Assembly: GCA_964411615.1 (NCBI GenBank)
Contig: CAYPLO010000001.1
Location: forward strand, 7,508 to 71,507
Source: an uncultured Aquificales bacterium
Lineage (GTDB): Bacteria; Thermosulfidibacterota; Thermosulfidibacteria; Thermosulfidibacterales; Thermosulfidibacteraceae
Length of the DNA: 64,000 nucleotides
Direction of reading: 5' to 3'
In this document: one piece after another, positions 26,925 to 37,982 of the stretch
Layout of the letters: every line of letters starts with the position of its first letter
How positions within the stretch are numbered: the stretch's first letter is position 1
Notes under the pieces: model-generated
Seen by the model: only the letters and a program-made list of their open reading frames with translations
Databases searched by the model: none
What the model was told of the DNA's origin: nothing
Translations under genes and position numbers: made by a program

Positions 26925-28670
26925 ATGACCCTGTTTGGCCTCTTCAACGTGGGCAAGAGTTCCCTTTTGAACCATCAGCGGGCCATGTCCGCCGTGGGCG
27001 AGAACCTGGCCAACATAAACACCCCCGGTTACGTCCGCAGGAGGGTGGTGTTTCAGGAGGGCTTTGGCTACAGGGACGGACGCCTCTACTTCGGGACGGG
27101 GGTGGATATAGCCCGCATAGAGAGGGTGATAGATAAGGTTCTGGACAGAAGGCTCTCCATGGAGAGGGGAGAGTACAGCTTCTGGGAGGCCCTTGAGAAG
27201 GTTGCAACCCAGGTGGAGGCAACCTTCAACGAGCATCAGGATATGGGGCTCTCCAAGGTCCTCAACCGGTTCTGGAACGCCTGGCAGGAGCTCGCCTCCC
27301 AGCCTGAGAGCACAACGGCCAGGGACGAGGTGGTGGAGAGGGCCAAGCAGCTGGTGGGTGCCTTCTCCGAGGCCAAGGCTTCTCTTAAGAACGCCGTTGC
27401 CGATGGTGTTGAGAGGATAAAGGACTGGGTGAACCAGGTGAACACCTTGGCTAAGGAGATAGCAGGGCTCAATCTCAAGCTGAAGGAGGCCGAGATTGGC
27501 AGTCAGGAGGCCAACGACCTGAGGGACAAGCTCTACTACAAGCTGAAGAAGCTTTCAGAGCTGACCGGGGCCCGGTACTACGAGAACGGGCAGGGGGTTG
27601 AGGTCTTTCTTGATAACGGTGTGGCCCTTGTGGAGGGAAGCACCTACAGGGAGATAGAGTTTGAGCCTGGGGATTTTCTGCGCAAAGAGGCGGGCATCCT
27701 CAATGGTGTTCCCTACAGCAAGCAGATAGAGTTCAAAAGGGACTACATGAAGCTAACAGTCTCCGGTGAGGATGTTACCACCGTTATCAAGGGGAAGATT
27801 GGGGGAACCATCAATGGCCTTGTGAACTTCGCAGACGACTACATGAAGAAGCTTGACAGGCTCATATCGGAGATAGCCTACAGGGTGAACCAGGAGCACG
27901 TTGCCGGTATGGGGCTTACCCATCTCGGCTCCTTCACCAGTCTGGCCTCTGTGGGCGACGTGAATGCTCCCCTCAGGGATGCCAAAGGTATCTTCTTCGC
28001 AGATAGGCTCCGCAGTGGCGCCTTTGAGGTGAGGGTATGGGATGCGGAGGGGAACCTTGTTGAGACCAAGATGATAGAGGTTGACCCTTCAGATGCCCCT
28101 GTGCTCATCGCCGACAAGATAGATAAGATGGAGCATGTTGAGGCCTACTTCACCGACGATGGCAGGCTTGTGATTAAGGCGGATGCCGGTTTGAAGCTAT
28201 CCTTCGGAAAGGACACCTCGGGTTTTTTGGTCTCCATGGGGATAAACACCTTCTTCGTTGGGGACAGCATAGACGATATAAAGGTGAACCCCGTGATAGA
28301 GAGCAACCACAGGCTTGTGGCGGCTGGCTCAACTCCAAACGCCGGTGACAACTCTGTTGCTCTGGCTGTGTCGGGGCTTGTCTCTCAGAAGTTCATGGAT
28401 GGAGACAGGACCTTTGGCGAGTACTACGACGCACTGGTTGGTGAGGTTGGTGCCAAGGTGGCCAGGGTGAAGGATGTGAAGGACGATACCGAGAGGTTCG
28501 TCAACTTCCTCAAGGACAGGTGGGAGGAGGTGTCGGGGGTAAACCTGGACGAGGAGTTCACCACCCTCATCAGGTACCAGAGGGCCTACGAGGCCGCCGC
28601 AAGGTACATAACGGTGGTTGATGAGATGATAAACAGGGTTGTTAACGGAATGGGGGTGGTGGGTAGATGA
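26925..28670 (+). CDS. flgK: flagellar hook-associated protein 1, FlgK
   Basis: N-terminus [31 protein letters not shown]-terminus [35 protein letters not shown]. 581 aa. Confidence 0.9.
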   Translation: MTLFGLFNVGKSSLLNHQRAMSAVGENLANINTPGYVRRRVVFQEGFGYRDGRLYFGTGVDIARIERVIDKVLDRRLSMERGEYSFWEALEKVATQVEATFNEHQDMGLSKVLNRFWNAWQELASQPESTTARDEVVERAKQLVGAFSEAKASLKNAVADGVERIKDWVNQVNTLAKEIAGLNLKLKEAEIGSQEANDLRDKLYYKLKKLSELTGARYYENGQGVEVFLDNGVALVEGSTYREIEFEPGDFLRKEAGILNGVPYSKQIEFKRDYMKLTVSGEDVTTVIKGKIGGTINGLVNFADDYMKKLDRLISEIAYRVNQEHVAGMGLTHLGSFTSLASVGDVNAPLRDAKGIFFADRLRSGAFEVRVWDAEGNLVETKMIEVDPSDAPVLIADKIDKMEHVEAYFTDDGRLVIKADAGLKLSFGKDTSGFLVSMGINTFFVGDSIDDIKVNPVIESNHRLVAAGSTPNAGDNSVALAVSGLVSQKFMDGDRTFGEYYDALVGEVGAKVARVKDVKDDTERFVNFLKDRWEEVSGVNLDEEFTTLIRYQRAYEAAARYITVVDEMINRVVNGMGVVGR

Positions 28671-31600
28671 GGATAACCAACAACCTTCTCTTTGACAGGT
28701 TCACCAGGATACACCAGGAGATAATGGACGCCTTGGAGAAGGCTGCCTACAAGCTCTCCACGGGCAAGAGGCTTGAGTATCCCAGCGACGCTCCTTCAGA
28801 CACCTCCCAGATACTGAACCTGAAAAGAAGCATTGAGGAGATGAACAGGTTCCTGAGGAACATGGACGAGGCCAACATGTGGCTTCAGGCCACAGATGAC
28901 GCCTTTGAGAAGCTTGACAGATACATTGACAGGGTTAAGGAGCTGGCATTGACGGGTGCCAACGATACCCAGAACGCAGAGTCCCGGGAGGCCATAGCCC
29001 ACGAGCTGTCCCAGGTATTTGAGGAGCTGGTCGATATAGGAAACACCAAGGTTATGGACAAGTACATATTTGCGGGCACCAACACAAAGGTGAAGCCCTT
29101 TGCCTACAACGAGACCAACCTGATAAAGCTTGGGTATGTTCCCCCTGAGCTCTCCTCAACGGTGAGGGTGGAGACCGCCGATTCCTTCTCCGACCTTTAC
29201 CAGTTTGACTCTGGCAACTACAGGATATTTCTGAAGCGGGAGGGGGATGGGGTTGCCGTATGGGTTGAGGATGAGCTGGGAAGGAAGGTGCAGATAGACT
29301 CCAACGGCTCTGACGATAGCGGAACGAGCTCAAACCGCTTTGCCGACAGGGCCGTCTTCAAGCCATCCGTTGTTGGTGGAAAGATATACGGCACCTTCGA
29401 CACGGGAAGGGGAATAAGGCTCACATTTAACGGCACCTCCCTTTCCGACCTTGAGCAGGGGAAGGTTATAGAGCTCACCTACACCAAGGGGGGAGGCATA
29501 GCCTACACGGGTAACGACGGGGAGCAGCAGGTCCAGATAGGGTACAACAACAGGGTCACCGTGAATGTGCCGGGGGAGGGATTGTTCAAGCCCTCCCACA
29601 AGGTTGTGGCCACCCAGTCCTTTGCGGGGGTTCCCTTCTATGAGTCCATGCCCATGGACAGGCTGGGACAGCACACAGGTTCCGTCTTCAACATCTCGGG
29701 CATCATGCACGACGGCTCTGTGGCAGGCTCTCCATACGTCACAGCTGCAAGGGCCGTGGACTTTCAGGGGCTTGGGCAGGGTGCAGGCTCGGTCACCCTT
29801 GATTTCTACGTCAATGAGGGGGGAACCATAGTCTCCTCAAGCATAACCATAAGCCTTCCCGCCCACTTTGACTCCATAGACGAGGTTGTTGATGTTGTCA
29901 AAAGTCAGCTGGACGCCAACGATGTATTGAGGGACAGGGTGGAGGTGACGGCCGAGGGGGACTATCTGGTGTTCTACCTTGTGAATCCGGGGGACAACTA
30001 CCTCTACGTCAGGGAGAGGAACTCGGACTATTTCGGGTTCAAAGACGGGCTGGGTGGATGGGGAAAGAGGCCAGAATACACCGTTATGCAGCGGGTTAAG
30101 GGAAGGGCCTTCGGCTACATCTCCTCTGCGGTTCTGACAGTATCCTTGCCGGGAGGGTCCTCCGTTGATGTTTCCGTAGCCAAAACAGACGAAACTCCCC
30201 TCTACACCTATGATGAGGTGTCCCCCCGTTTGTTTAAACCGCTGACTTCGGGCACCACCCTTACCGTGCAGGTGAGCGGTGTTGGCACCTACACCTGGTC
30301 TGTTAATGCCACCGTAAGCACTGTGGATGAGCTTGTGGCCATGTGGAACGACCCCAACAGGTGGAGCGGTTCCGGAGATAAGCCCCCCATTGCCATGGTT
30401 AAGGAGGGGGATACCACCTACAGGCTGGTGAGTCTCGTTGACACAGGCAAGGTGAAGGTTTCGGTCTCTTCAACGGATACACACAACCCATTGTATCTCA
30501 TGGGGCTTGTGGGGACGGATAATCCCTCATCGGTCTATGTGCTTGAGCACAAGCCCTACATGAGCCAGTCGGAGTACACCGCCCTCAGGGTGGCCTACAG
30601 CATAAACAGGGACGCCTCCTCCCTCAACGTTCACGCCAGGACCGATGGGACGGGGGGGATTGAGCTTTACAGCAGTCAGAACGCCTTTGAGCTGAGCTTT
30701 GCCCCTGACTCATCTCTAACCAGGCTCTTTCCCCACTACACCACAGAGGGCGGGGTGGCCAAGGTGGACTCCCGTATAGATACCCTGAAGGAGCTCATGA
30801 ACAGGGTTGAGGATATCTTCAACCACCATGTTAAAGGCTACATCAGGAACGGTACCCTCTACTTTGAGGACAGGCTTGGAGGGGAGTCCCTCTTTGATTT
30901 GAGCATAACCGCCGGAAGCGGTGCCAGGAATATCTTCAGCAGCTTCTTTGTGGCCAAGGAGGGGAGGGGAGTTGACCTGTTCAGGGTGATAAAGAACCTG
31001 AGGGATGCCAACTACGAGAATATCCCCAGAAGGTTTGTAGATAAGCCCACAAAGTGGGTCAGTCAGCAGAAGGGGGATGTCATACAGACCACCATCCTCC
31101 CCATGACCGATGGGGAGTTCAAGGGAGACTACAACACCACATGGCATGTGAAGGCGGATGTTATAAGGCAGAACGGTGTGATAGGGGACGGATACACCGC
31201 CTTCTTCGCCAGCAGGGAGTTCCTGGTGAGTGCCACAACCACCAGCCTTGATATGACCTTATCCGCCCCTGAAGGGGGAAGCTACACCTTGGTCCTTGAC
31301 AACAACGAGAGGGTGGAGGTTCCCACCAGTAGCTCCGTGACCCTCAACGTTCCTGCCAACAACGGCTTCAGGATATACCTGGAGAGCGGTAAGGTGGTGG
31401 ATGTGGATACGGCGGGAGGCACCGCCACCTTTGATGGTAAGGTCAACATAGTGGTGGAGGGAGACGACACAGCCACCTACGATGGCTACAGCAACATAAA
31501 GTATGTAACCTACGAAGGGCGGATAACGATAAATGTGCCTCCCGACAGGCTCAGGGAACTTTCCCAGGATGAGAAGACCAACCTGCTGATAACCATAGAG

Positions 31601-32011
31601 GACTCTAAGGGCAAGGTGGTTAAGCAGTTTGTGGCCAAGGACCCCTACAAACAGTACTATGTGAGGGACGGGGTCTTTATGAGTTTCAGCCCGGGACAGA
31701 TAAAGTCGGGGGACTCCTTTGAGGTGAAGGTGGGAGGTGGTATAGAGGAGAACGTGGGGAAGCTTGATGAGGCGTATCAGCAGGTTCTCGGGAGAAGGAC
31801 GGAGGTTGGCGCCAGGATGGAGGCTGTGAAGATGGCCAAGAACCGCTACCAGGTCTACATCCAGAGGGCCCAGGAGGCGAAGGCCCCTATTGAGGATGTG
31901 GACATAGCCGAGGCCACCATGGAGTTGCAGAAGGCCCAGACGGCTCTGAGGGCAACCCTTATGGCCTCTGTGAGGCTGTTCACCCCCACCATACTGGACT
32001 TTCTGAGGTAG
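28667..32011 (+). CDS. flgL: flagellar hook-associated protein 3, FlgL, with a very large central insertion (1114 aa)
   Basis: ATGA overlap with flgK. N-terminus [12 protein letters not shown]...[16 protein letters not shown]...[30 protein letters not shown]...[13 protein letters not shown] is the flagellin_N/FlgL pattern. C-terminus [14 protein letters not shown]...[39 protein letters not shown] is flagellin_C-like. About 800 residues lie between them. Confidence 0.85.
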   Translation: MRITNNLLFDRFTRIHQEIMDALEKAAYKLSTGKRLEYPSDAPSDTSQILNLKRSIEEMNRFLRNMDEANMWLQATDDAFEKLDRYIDRVKELALTGANDTQNAESREAIAHELSQVFEELVDIGNTKVMDKYIFAGTNTKVKPFAYNETNLIKLGYVPPELSSTVRVETADSFSDLYQFDSGNYRIFLKREGDGVAVWVEDELGRKVQIDSNGSDDSGTSSNRFADRAVFKPSVVGGKIYGTFDTGRGIRLTFNGTSLSDLEQGKVIELTYTKGGGIAYTGNDGEQQVQIGYNNRVTVNVPGEGLFKPSHKVVATQSFAGVPFYESMPMDRLGQHTGSVFNISGIMHDGSVAGSPYVTAARAVDFQGLGQGAGSVTLDFYVNEGGTIVSSSITISLPAHFDSIDEVVDVVKSQLDANDVLRDRVEVTAEGDYLVFYLVNPGDNYLYVRERNSDYFGFKDGLGGWGKRPEYTVMQRVKGRAFGYISSAVLTVSLPGGSSVDVSVAKTDETPLYTYDEVSPRLFKPLTSGTTLTVQVSGVGTYTWSVNATVSTVDELVAMWNDPNRWSGSGDKPPIAMVKEGDTTYRLVSLVDTGKVKVSVSSTDTHNPLYLMGLVGTDNPSSVYVLEHKPYMSQSEYTALRVAYSINRDASSLNVHARTDGTGGIELYSSQNAFELSFAPDSSLTRLFPHYTTEGGVAKVDSRIDTLKELMNRVEDIFNHHVKGYIRNGTLYFEDRLGGESLFDLSITAGSGARNIFSSFFVAKEGRGVDLFRVIKNLRDANYENIPRRFVDKPTKWVSQQKGDVIQTTILPMTDGEFKGDYNTTWHVKADVIRQNGVIGDGYTAFFASREFLVSATTTSLDMTLSAPEGGSYTLVLDNNERVEVPTSSSVTLNVPANNGFRIYLESGKVVDVDTAGGTATFDGKVNIVVEGDDTATYDGYSNIKYVTYEGRITINVPPDRLRELSQDEKTNLLITIEDSKGKVVKQFVAKDPYKQYYVRDGVFMSFSPGQIKSGDSFEVKVGGGIEENVGKLDEAYQQVLGRRTEVGARMEAVKMAKNRYQVYIQRAQEAKAPIEDVDIAEATMELQKAQTALRATLMASVRLFTPTILDFLR

Positions 32012-32015
32012 AGGT

Positions 32016-32465
32016 ATGAAGGTTGAGACCACAAGGTTCGGTGAGATAGAGGTTGATGAAAAGAGCGTGATAACCATGGTGGACCCCATCCTGGGGTTCC
32101 CCTACGCCAAAAGATACGTCCTCATAGACCACAGGGAGGGAAGCCCCTTCAAGTGGCTCCAGTGCGTGGACGATGGTTCTCTGGCCTTTGTGGTCATGGA
32201 CCCCAAGCTGGTAAAACCCGATTACGTTGTTCCCATAGAGGAGGAAGACGCCAGAAAGCTTGAGATAGAGGACCCCTCAGATGCCGAAGTTTACGTGATT
32301 GTTGTTATACCCGAGAATCCCAGGGACATGACGGTGAACCTCAGGGCCCCTGTGGTGATAAACAGGAAAAAGAGGCTTGCCAAGCAGGTGGTCATTCCCG
32401 ATGAGAGCTACCCCATAAGGTACAGGGTGATAAGGGAAGATGCTGGTTCTGACACGCAAGGTTGA
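32016..32465 (+). CDS. fliW: flagellar assembly factor FliW
   Basis: [37 protein letters not shown]...[20 protein letters not shown]...[11 protein letters not shown] is the FliW signature. 149 aa. Confidence 0.9.
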   Translation: MKVETTRFGEIEVDEKSVITMVDPILGFPYAKRYVLIDHREGSPFKWLQCVDDGSLAFVVMDPKLVKPDYVVPIEEEDARKLEIEDPSDAEVYVIVVIPENPRDMTVNLRAPVVINRKKRLAKQVVIPDESYPIRYRVIREDAGSDTQG

Positions 32466-32670
32466 GGAGAGCATAATCATAGGGGACAACATAGAGGTCA
32501 AGGTCCTCAGTGTGAGTGGAAAGACTGTCAAGCTGGGTATAAAGGCCCCACGTGAGCTTCCCGTCTATCGCAAGGAGGTCTATGAGGCCATAAAGCGTGA
32601 GAACGAGGCGGCAGCCGCCTCAGCCGCCGACCTTGATGCCCTCTCCTCCATCCTGAAAGGTTCCGATTAG
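32440..32670 (+). CDS. csrA: carbon storage / translational regulator CsrA
   Basis: [49 protein letters not shown]. Overlaps the fliW end by 26 nt. Confidence 0.92.
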   Translation: MLVLTRKVEESIIIGDNIEVKVLSVSGKTVKLGIKAPRELPVYRKEVYEAIKRENEAAAASAADLDALSSILKGSD

Positions 32671-32700
32671 TTGAACCCAACTTTCACTTCCTGTTATAAT
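32671..32700 (+). promoter_or_regulatory. candidate sigma70-type promoter (TTGAAC-N18-TATAAT) for the 32729 gene
   Basis: TTGAAC at 32671-32676 and TATAAT at 32695-32700, with GGGGGAGGAG SD before ATG 32729. Confidence 0.5.
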
Positions 32701-32728
32701 TTCAAAAAATCTCCGGGGGAGGAGCGTC

Positions 32729-33067
32729 ATGGCTTTGATTGAGCTACTTATTATCGCAGCAACCCTTGCTGGTATGTGGAAGGTGTTTGAGAAGGCGGGT
32801 TATCCCGGATGGGCCGCCATAATCCCTATCTACAACGTCTACATCCTGCTGAAGATAGCGGATAAGCCCGCCTGGTGGCTGATTCTCTTTTTTATTCCCA
32901 TAATCAACATCGTTATAGCTGTAATCGTCTCTATAGCCGTTGCCAGGGCCTTCGGGAAGGAGGGGATATTCGGCGTGGGTCTCTTCCTCTTTCCCTTTAT
33001 ATTCTACCCCATACTGGGCTTCGGAGATGCCCAGTACCAGCCCCAGGAAGAGGCCCCTACGCCCTGA
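32729..33067 (+). CDS. small integral membrane protein, DUF5684-like
   Basis: [56 protein letters not shown] resembles the DUF5684 pattern (family call from memory). Three predicted TM helices. Confidence 0.6.
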   Translation: MALIELLIIAATLAGMWKVFEKAGYPGWAAIIPIYNVYILLKIADKPAWWLILFFIPIINIVIAVIVSIAVARAFGKEGIFGVGLFLFPFIFYPILGFGDAQYQPQEEAPTP

Positions 33068-33530
33068 ACTTCTCTAAATCCTCTGGGGAGAGGCGCTCAA
33101 GCCACTCCTTGAGCAGTCTCTCCCTGTCCTCTTCGTCAAAGCTCTGGGCCTTCTCCAGAACCACCTCTTCCACGTATATGGGGGCCTCCGTCCTCAGTGC
33201 TATGGCTATGGCGTCGCTGGGCCTGGAGTCTATCTCTATGGTTCCCGAGGGGGTGTTCAGGTATATCTTGGCGTAGAAGGTGTTGTCCACAAGGTCGTTC
33301 ACCACAATCTTCTCAACGGTGGCCCTCAGGCTCTCAAGCAGGTTCTTTATCAGGTCGTGGGTCATGGGTCTGGGGGTGCTCACATTCTCCAGCTTCATGG
33401 CTATGGCGCTTGCCTCAAAGAGGCCTATCCAGATGGGGAGGGCCTTCCTCTCCTCCAGGTCCTTGAGAATCACTATGGGGGAGTTGGTAAAGGGGTCCAT
33501 TATTATCTTTGCCACCTTCATCCTTATCAT
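33057..33530 (-). CDS. bifunctional nuclease (BFN/DUF151) family protein
   Basis: [50 protein letters not shown]...[14 protein letters not shown] is the BFN signature. ATGA-type 4-nt overlap with the miaB stop. Confidence 0.72.
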   Translation of the reverse strand: MIRMKVAKIIMDPFTNSPIVILKDLEERKALPIWIGLFEASAIAMKLENVSTPRPMTHDLIKNLLESLRATVEKIVVNDLVDNTFYAKIYLNTPSGTIEIDSRPSDAIAIALRTEAPIYVEEVVLEKAQSFDEEDRERLLKEWLERLSPEDLEKFRA

Positions 33531-34840
33531 GCCGCCTTCCCTCCTTCCACTATCTCTCCCTCAAGCTCGTACATCTTGGTTCTGGTTATCCTAACCTTAA
33601 CTATATGCCCCAGATACGATTTGTCAGCTGGAACCTTCACTATTTTGAATGTCCTGGTCCTTCCGTAAAGGTACCCATCCTCGTATCGGTCAAAGAGCAC
33701 ATCTAATACCTTATTCTTGTATGCGTTGCTGAGCTTCTCCGTAATTCTGTCCTGTACCTCAAGCAGTCTCCTCAGTCTTTCCTTCTTCACCTGTAAAGGC
33801 ACATCGTCCTTCCACTGGGAGGCCTTTGTGAACTCCCTGGGGTTGTAGATGAAGGCGAAGACCCCCTCGTACTCCACCTCCTCTATGAGGGAGAGGGTAT
33901 CCTCAAAGTCCTCTTCGGTCTCGGTGGGAAATCCCACTATGAAGTCGGAGGTGAAGGCGAAGTACTTTCCCGATGCCTTTATGTTTTCTATTATCTCTAA
34001 GTACTGCTCCCTGGTGTATCTCCTGTTCATCAGTTTCAGTATCCTGTTAGAGCCGGACTGGGCGGGAAGATGTATGTACTCACACACCTTTGGGAGGGTT
34101 GTCACCGCCTCTATGAGCCTGGGAGAGAAGTCCTTGGGGTGGGAGGTTATGAACCTTATCCACTCTATGCCCTCTATGTCGTGGAGCCTGTAGAGCAGCT
34201 CTGGAAAGTCTATGGGGTCGTCAAGCCCCTTCCCGTAGGAGTTGACGTTCTGCCCCAGCAGGGTGATTTCCTTGTAGCCCATATCGGCCAGCCTCTTTGC
34301 CTCCTCCAGAATCTCCCGCCAGGGGCGGCTCACCTCCCTTCCCCTTACGAAAGGCACTATGCAGTAGGAGCAGAAGTTGTCACATCCCTCCATTATGGTG
34401 ATGTAGGCCCTGTAGGGGTTGCTCCTTGCAACGGGCATGCTGAGGTCGGTGATGGTGCACCGGTTGCTCTGGTCTGTGAACACACTCTTCTTTCCCTCTT
34501 TTGCCCTCTCTATGGCTTCGGGCAACCTGTAGATGTTGCGGGGTCCTATAACGGCACTCACGTGGGGCATCCTCTCTATGAGCCTTTTGCCCTCCTTCTG
34601 GGCAACGCATCCACACACAACGATGATTCTATCCCTCCACCTCTTGAACCTTCCCAGCTCGCTGTAGACCTTGTGGACGGGCTTTTCCCTCACCGCACAT
34701 GTGTTTATGAGGATGACCTGGGCGTCCCTTTCGCTCTCCGCCTCTTCAAGTCCCATATGTTGCAGAATGCCCTTGAGCTTTTCTGAGTCGTGCTCGTTCA
34801 TCTGGCAACCGAAGGTTCTTATGAAGAACTTTTCGGCCAT
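33527..34840 (-). CDS. miaB: tRNA-2-methylthio-N6-dimethylallyladenosine synthase MiaB
   Basis: ORF 33527..34897 trimmed to ATG 34840 ([20 protein letters not shown] is the family N-terminus). Radical-SAM motif [14 protein letters not shown]-terminal TRAM domain. Confidence 0.9.
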   Translation of the reverse strand: MAEKFFIRTFGCQMNEHDSEKLKGILQHMGLEEAESERDAQVILINTCAVREKPVHKVYSELGRFKRWRDRIIVVCGCVAQKEGKRLIERMPHVSAVIGPRNIYRLPEAIERAKEGKKSVFTDQSNRCTITDLSMPVARSNPYRAYITIMEGCDNFCSYCIVPFVRGREVSRPWREILEEAKRLADMGYKEITLLGQNVNSYGKGLDDPIDFPELLYRLHDIEGIEWIRFITSHPKDFSPRLIEAVTTLPKVCEYIHLPAQSGSNRILKLMNRRYTREQYLEIIENIKASGKYFAFTSDFIVGFPTETEEDFEDTLSLIEEVEYEGVFAFIYNPREFTKASQWKDDVPLQVKKERLRRLLEVQDRITEKLSNAYKNKVLDVLFDRYEDGYLYGRTRTFKIVKVPADKSYLGHIVKVRITRTKMYELEGEIVEGGKAA

Positions 34841-34849
34841 CAGCCACAA

Positions 34850-34878
34850 TAAATAGGTTCGGGGGGCTGCTTCGTCAA
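34850..34878 (-). promoter_or_regulatory. candidate sigma70-type promoter of miaB (TTGACG-N17-TATTTA) implying a leaderless or near-leaderless mRNA
   Basis: On the minus strand: TTGACG (34878-34873), 17-nt spacer, TATTTA (34855-34850), then only 9 nt to ATG 34840. No SD precedes that ATG. Confidence 0.4.
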
Positions 34879-34977
34879 TCTCTTCAGAGGCTTGCACAAA
34901 AACTGTGCGTCATTTGGCTTTCATATAGCGTTGATGTTGTGTATATCTCAGAACAAACAAAGAGGGGAGGTTTATAC

Positions 34978-36387
34978 ATGGAGAAGAAGGAGTTTCTGAA
35001 GCTGGTCAAAAGCGGTGAGGTGAAGTTCGTTGATGTGAGGTTTACCGACCCCTTCGGCACCTGGCAGCACTTCACTTTCCCCGCCGAGATTATTGACGAG
35101 GAGGCCCTTGAGGAGGGACTTGGCTTTGACGGGTCCTCCATAAGGGGATGGCAGGGGATTGAGGCCTCCGACATGCTGGTGGTCCTTGACCCCAAGGGTG
35201 CCTTCATAGACCCCTTCTTCAAGGAGCCCACCCTTGCCTGCTTTGCCGATGTGATTGACCCCATAACCAGGGAGCCCTACAGCAGGGACCCCAGGTACAT
35301 CGCCAAGAAGGCCGTTAACTACATGAGGTCCCTGGGCATTGCCGACACCTGCTACGTTGGTCCTGAGATTGAGTTCTTCATCTTTGACGATGTGAAGTTC
35401 GCCTATGAGCCCAACTACAGCTTCCACTCTGTTGACTCCATAGAGGCCTGGTGGAACTCCGACAGGGAGGAGGCTCCCAACACCGGATACAAGATTCCCG
35501 CCAAGAGGGGATACTTCCCCGCTCCTCCCCACGACAAGCACCAGGACATCAGGAGCGAGATGTGTCTCAACCTCCAGAATGCGGGAATAACCGTTGAGTT
35601 CCACCATCATGAGGTGGCCACAGCGGGACAGGGTGAGATAGACATAAAGTACGCCGAGCTTGTGGAGCAGGCCGACAACGTCATGAAGTACAAGTACATA
35701 CTGAGGAACACAGCCCTCAAGTATGGAAAGACCGTCACCTTCATGCCCAAGCCCGTCTTTGCCGACAATGGAACGGGTATGCACACCCACATGTCCCTCT
35801 GGAAGAACGGAGAGCCCCTCTTCGCCGGCGACCAGTATGCTGGCCTTTCAGAGCTTGCCCTCTACTTCATAGGCGGTATCCTCAAGCATGCGAAGGCAAT
35901 ATGTGCCTTCACCAACCCCACCACCAACTCCTACAAGAGGCTCGTTCCTGGATTTGAGGCCCCTGTGAACCTGGTCTACTCCGCCAGGAACAGGAGCGCC
36001 GCCATCCGTATCCCCATGTACTCCCCCAGCCCCAAGGCGAAGAGGATTGAGGTGAGGTTCCCCGACCCCTCCTCCAATCCCTACCTTGCCTTCTCGGCCA
36101 TGCTTCTTGCGGGACTTGACGGTGTTGTGAACAAGATTGACCCCGGTGAGCCCGTTGATAAGGACATCTACGCCCTGCCTCCCGAGGAGCTGGAGAAGAT
36201 GGACAGCACCCCCGGAAGCCTGGAGGAGGCCATAAGGGCCCTTGAGGAGGACAACGACTTCCTGAAGGTTGGCAACGTCTTCACCGATGACTTCCTCAGC
36301 ATGTACATAGAGTGGAAGAAGCAGGAGATAGATGAGCTCAGGCTTCGTCCCCACCCCTACGAGTTTGTGCTCTACTTTGACATCTAA
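34978..36387 (+). CDS. glnA: glutamine synthetase, type I
   Basis: ORF 34939..36387 trimmed to ATG 34978 (GGGGAGG 7 nt upstream). Motifs [30 protein letters not shown] and [17 protein letters not shown]. Confidence 0.93.
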   Translation: MEKKEFLKLVKSGEVKFVDVRFTDPFGTWQHFTFPAEIIDEEALEEGLGFDGSSIRGWQGIEASDMLVVLDPKGAFIDPFFKEPTLACFADVIDPITREPYSRDPRYIAKKAVNYMRSLGIADTCYVGPEIEFFIFDDVKFAYEPNYSFHSVDSIEAWWNSDREEAPNTGYKIPAKRGYFPAPPHDKHQDIRSEMCLNLQNAGITVEFHHHEVATAGQGEIDIKYAELVEQADNVMKYKYILRNTALKYGKTVTFMPKPVFADNGTGMHTHMSLWKNGEPLFAGDQYAGLSELALYFIGGILKHAKAICAFTNPTTNSYKRLVPGFEAPVNLVYSARNRSAAIRIPMYSPSPKAKRIEVRFPDPSSNPYLAFSAMLLAGLDGVVNKIDPGEPVDKDIYALPPEELEKMDSTPGSLEEAIRALEEDNDFLKVGNVFTDDFLSMYIEWKKQEIDELRLRPHPYEFVLYFDI

Positions 36388-36402
36388 TTGAGCTCTGTCC
36401 CC

Positions 36403-36440
36403 GAGGAGGGCCTCTGGCCCTCCCCCTGCCTTTATTTTTC
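36403..36440 (+). terminator. rho-independent terminator after glnA
   Basis: Stem GGAGGGCC (36405-36412), loop TCT, stem GGCCCTCC (36416-36423), followed by a T-rich tract (tttattttt) within about 8 nt. Confidence 0.65.
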
Positions 36441-36480
36441 CCTCCTCAAGTATTATCCTTCCCCTGAAAGGGGGTGTTCC

Positions 36481-37179
36481 ATGAGGGATAAGGTGGAGTC
36501 TGCAATAGAGAGGTTTAAGAGCATATTCCGTAAGGACCAGTGGGAGGAGAGGTTCCTTGTAGGTAAGAAGAAGGCCAAGAAGATTCTGGAGAAGCTGAAA
36601 AAGCAGGGAAGAAACGAGATGACCACCGAGTCCATGGAGCTTCTTGAGTACTACGGCGTTCCCGTTGCCGACTATAAGGTTGTGGTGAGCAAGAGGGAGA
36701 TATACCAGGTTGTGGATGAGATGGGGCTGCCCGTGGTTATCAAGTCTGTAACCTCCAGGGCGGTTCACAGGGGCGATATAGGTGCCGTCTGTCTCATTGA
36801 GGATAAGGGACAGATAGAGGAGGCATACCCCCAGGTGCTTGGAGAGGTGGCCTCCCGCATGCCCTGGGTGGCCCTTACGGGGATAATGGTGCAGGAGTAT
36901 CTACCCGGCCATGACAAGTGCTGGCTGAGGATTGAGAGGGATAGGAAGGCCAATCCTTTTAAGGTCTGGTGGAAGAGGATAGTTGGAGGTAAGCAGAGCT
37001 CCTCTGAGAAGGTGATTGAGGGCAGGGAGGATATGGAGTCTGTTGGGCTTGAGGAGGAGTTTGCCGGGGTATTTGCCTTTGCCCTTCAGTTTAAGGAGGT
37101 TCAGAAGCTTGAGGCCGATTTTGTGAGAAGGGGCGATGAGTGGGTCCTTGTGGACTCAAAGGTCTGGCTCTTTGATTAG
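36481..37179 (+). CDS. stand-alone ATP-grasp-type domain protein (resembles the ATP-grasp/beta part of ADP-forming acyl-CoA synthetases)
   Basis: ORF 36388..37179 trimmed to ATG 36481, because the longer version runs through the glnA terminator. ELLEYYGVPVADYKVVVSKREIYQVVDEMGLPVVIKSVTSRAVHRGDIGAVCL is the ATP-grasp_5-like pattern. Family call from memory. Confidence 0.5.
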   Translation: MRDKVESAIERFKSIFRKDQWEERFLVGKKKAKKILEKLKKQGRNEMTTESMELLEYYGVPVADYKVVVSKREIYQVVDEMGLPVVIKSVTSRAVHRGDIGAVCLIEDKGQIEEAYPQVLGEVASRMPWVALTGIMVQEYLPGHDKCWLRIERDRKANPFKVWWKRIVGGKQSSSEKVIEGREDMESVGLEEEFAGVFAFALQFKEVQKLEADFVRRGDEWVLVDSKVWLFD

Positions 37180-37181
37180 GT

Positions 37182-37982
37182 ATGGGGAGGGTTGCCCTTA
37201 TAGCCGGTAGAGGCGATATAGTGAACCTTGCCATAGAGCTGCTTGAAGACCCCCTGGTTATATCCCTGGTGGACGACCCTGAGTATCCGCACCATTACCG
37301 CTTCTCTCCGGGGGAGGTGGGCAGGATACTGAAGACCCTCAAGAGGGAGGGGGTGGACAGGGTGGCCTTCTTCGGGAAGGTGGAGAAGAGGGGGATTTTC
37401 GGGGGGTATAAGCTGGACCTGACCGCCGTAAGGCTGCTGGTCTCCCTGAGAAGCTTCAGAGACGATGAGATAATGGATAAGGTGGTTGAGGTGCTGGGGA
37501 AAGAGGGGATAGAGGTTATAGACCAGAAGGAGCTCTTTGCACCACTCATTCCACAGCCCGGTGTCATCTGTGGCTCCTTGGATGAGAGGGAGAAGGGGGA
37601 TGTGGCCTTTGGATACAGGGTGGCCAAGGAGATGGGCAGGTTCCAGGTGGGGCAGACGGTGGTGGTTAAGAAGGGGGTTGTCCTTGCCGTTGAGGCGGTT
37701 GAGGGGACCGACGAGACTATAAAGAGGGCGGGGAATTACGCCAGGGACTTTGTGGTGGTGAAGGTGAGGCGGCCCACGCAGAGCAGCTACATGGACCTTC
37801 CCGTTGTGGGGGACAGGACCATCTTCGTGGCCAAGGAGGCGGGGGCCTCCACAGTGGCCGTTGAGGCGGGGGAGACCATCGTCACCTACGATGCGGTGGA
37901 GATGGCAGAAAATTTAAAGGTGAACCTTGTTGCCGTTGATGAAACACTTGTGGAGGAGTGGGATGAGGGTGGTATTTCTTGA
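37182..37982 (+). CDS. lpxI: UDP-2,3-diacylglucosamine pyrophosphatase LpxI (DUF1009)
   Basis: Motifs VALIAGRGDI, VDRVAFFGKV, GQTVVVKKGVVLAVEAVEGTDETIKRAG and DLPVVGDRTIFVAKEAGASTVAVEAG match the LpxI pattern along the whole length. Confidence 0.82.
   Translation: MGRVALIAGRGDIVNLAIELLEDPLVISLVDDPEYPHHYRFSPGEVGRILKTLKREGVDRVAFFGKVEKRGIFGGYKLDLTAVRLLVSLRSFRDDEIMDKVVEVLGKEGIEVIDQKELFAPLIPQPGVICGSLDEREKGDVAFGYRVAKEMGRFQVGQTVVVKKGVVLAVEAVEGTDETIKRAGNYARDFVVVKVRRPTQSSYMDLPVVGDRTIFVAKEAGASTVAVEAGETIVTYDAVEMAENLKVNLVAVDETLVEEWDEGGIS

Noticed and set aside
34841-34897. N-terminal extensions in the ORF track for miaB (34897), moeA (48954), glnA (34939), the ATP-grasp ORF (36388), mobA (52731), the response regulator (60575), the NrfH-like gene (61392), flgM (26072), rimP (12622), napH (55670) and the zinc-ribbon ORF (21462).
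   Set aside because: The extensions lack SDs. They run through predicted promoters or terminators or through the upstream gene, and they add residues not seen at the conserved family N-termini. Internal starts with good SDs fit better.
34894-34930. NtrC-like site (GCAC-N7-GTGC at 34894-34908) plus a sigma54-like -24/-12 (TTGGCT...ATAGCG, GG at 34916-17 and GC at 34928-29) upstream of glnA.
   Set aside because: The inverted repeat is only 4 bp per arm. It sits about 10 nt from the putative -24 box, far too close for an enhancer. The -12 element deviates from TTGCW. It is noted as possible but not supportable from sequence alone. A weak sigma70 alternative (TTTCAT-N17-TATATC) also exists.
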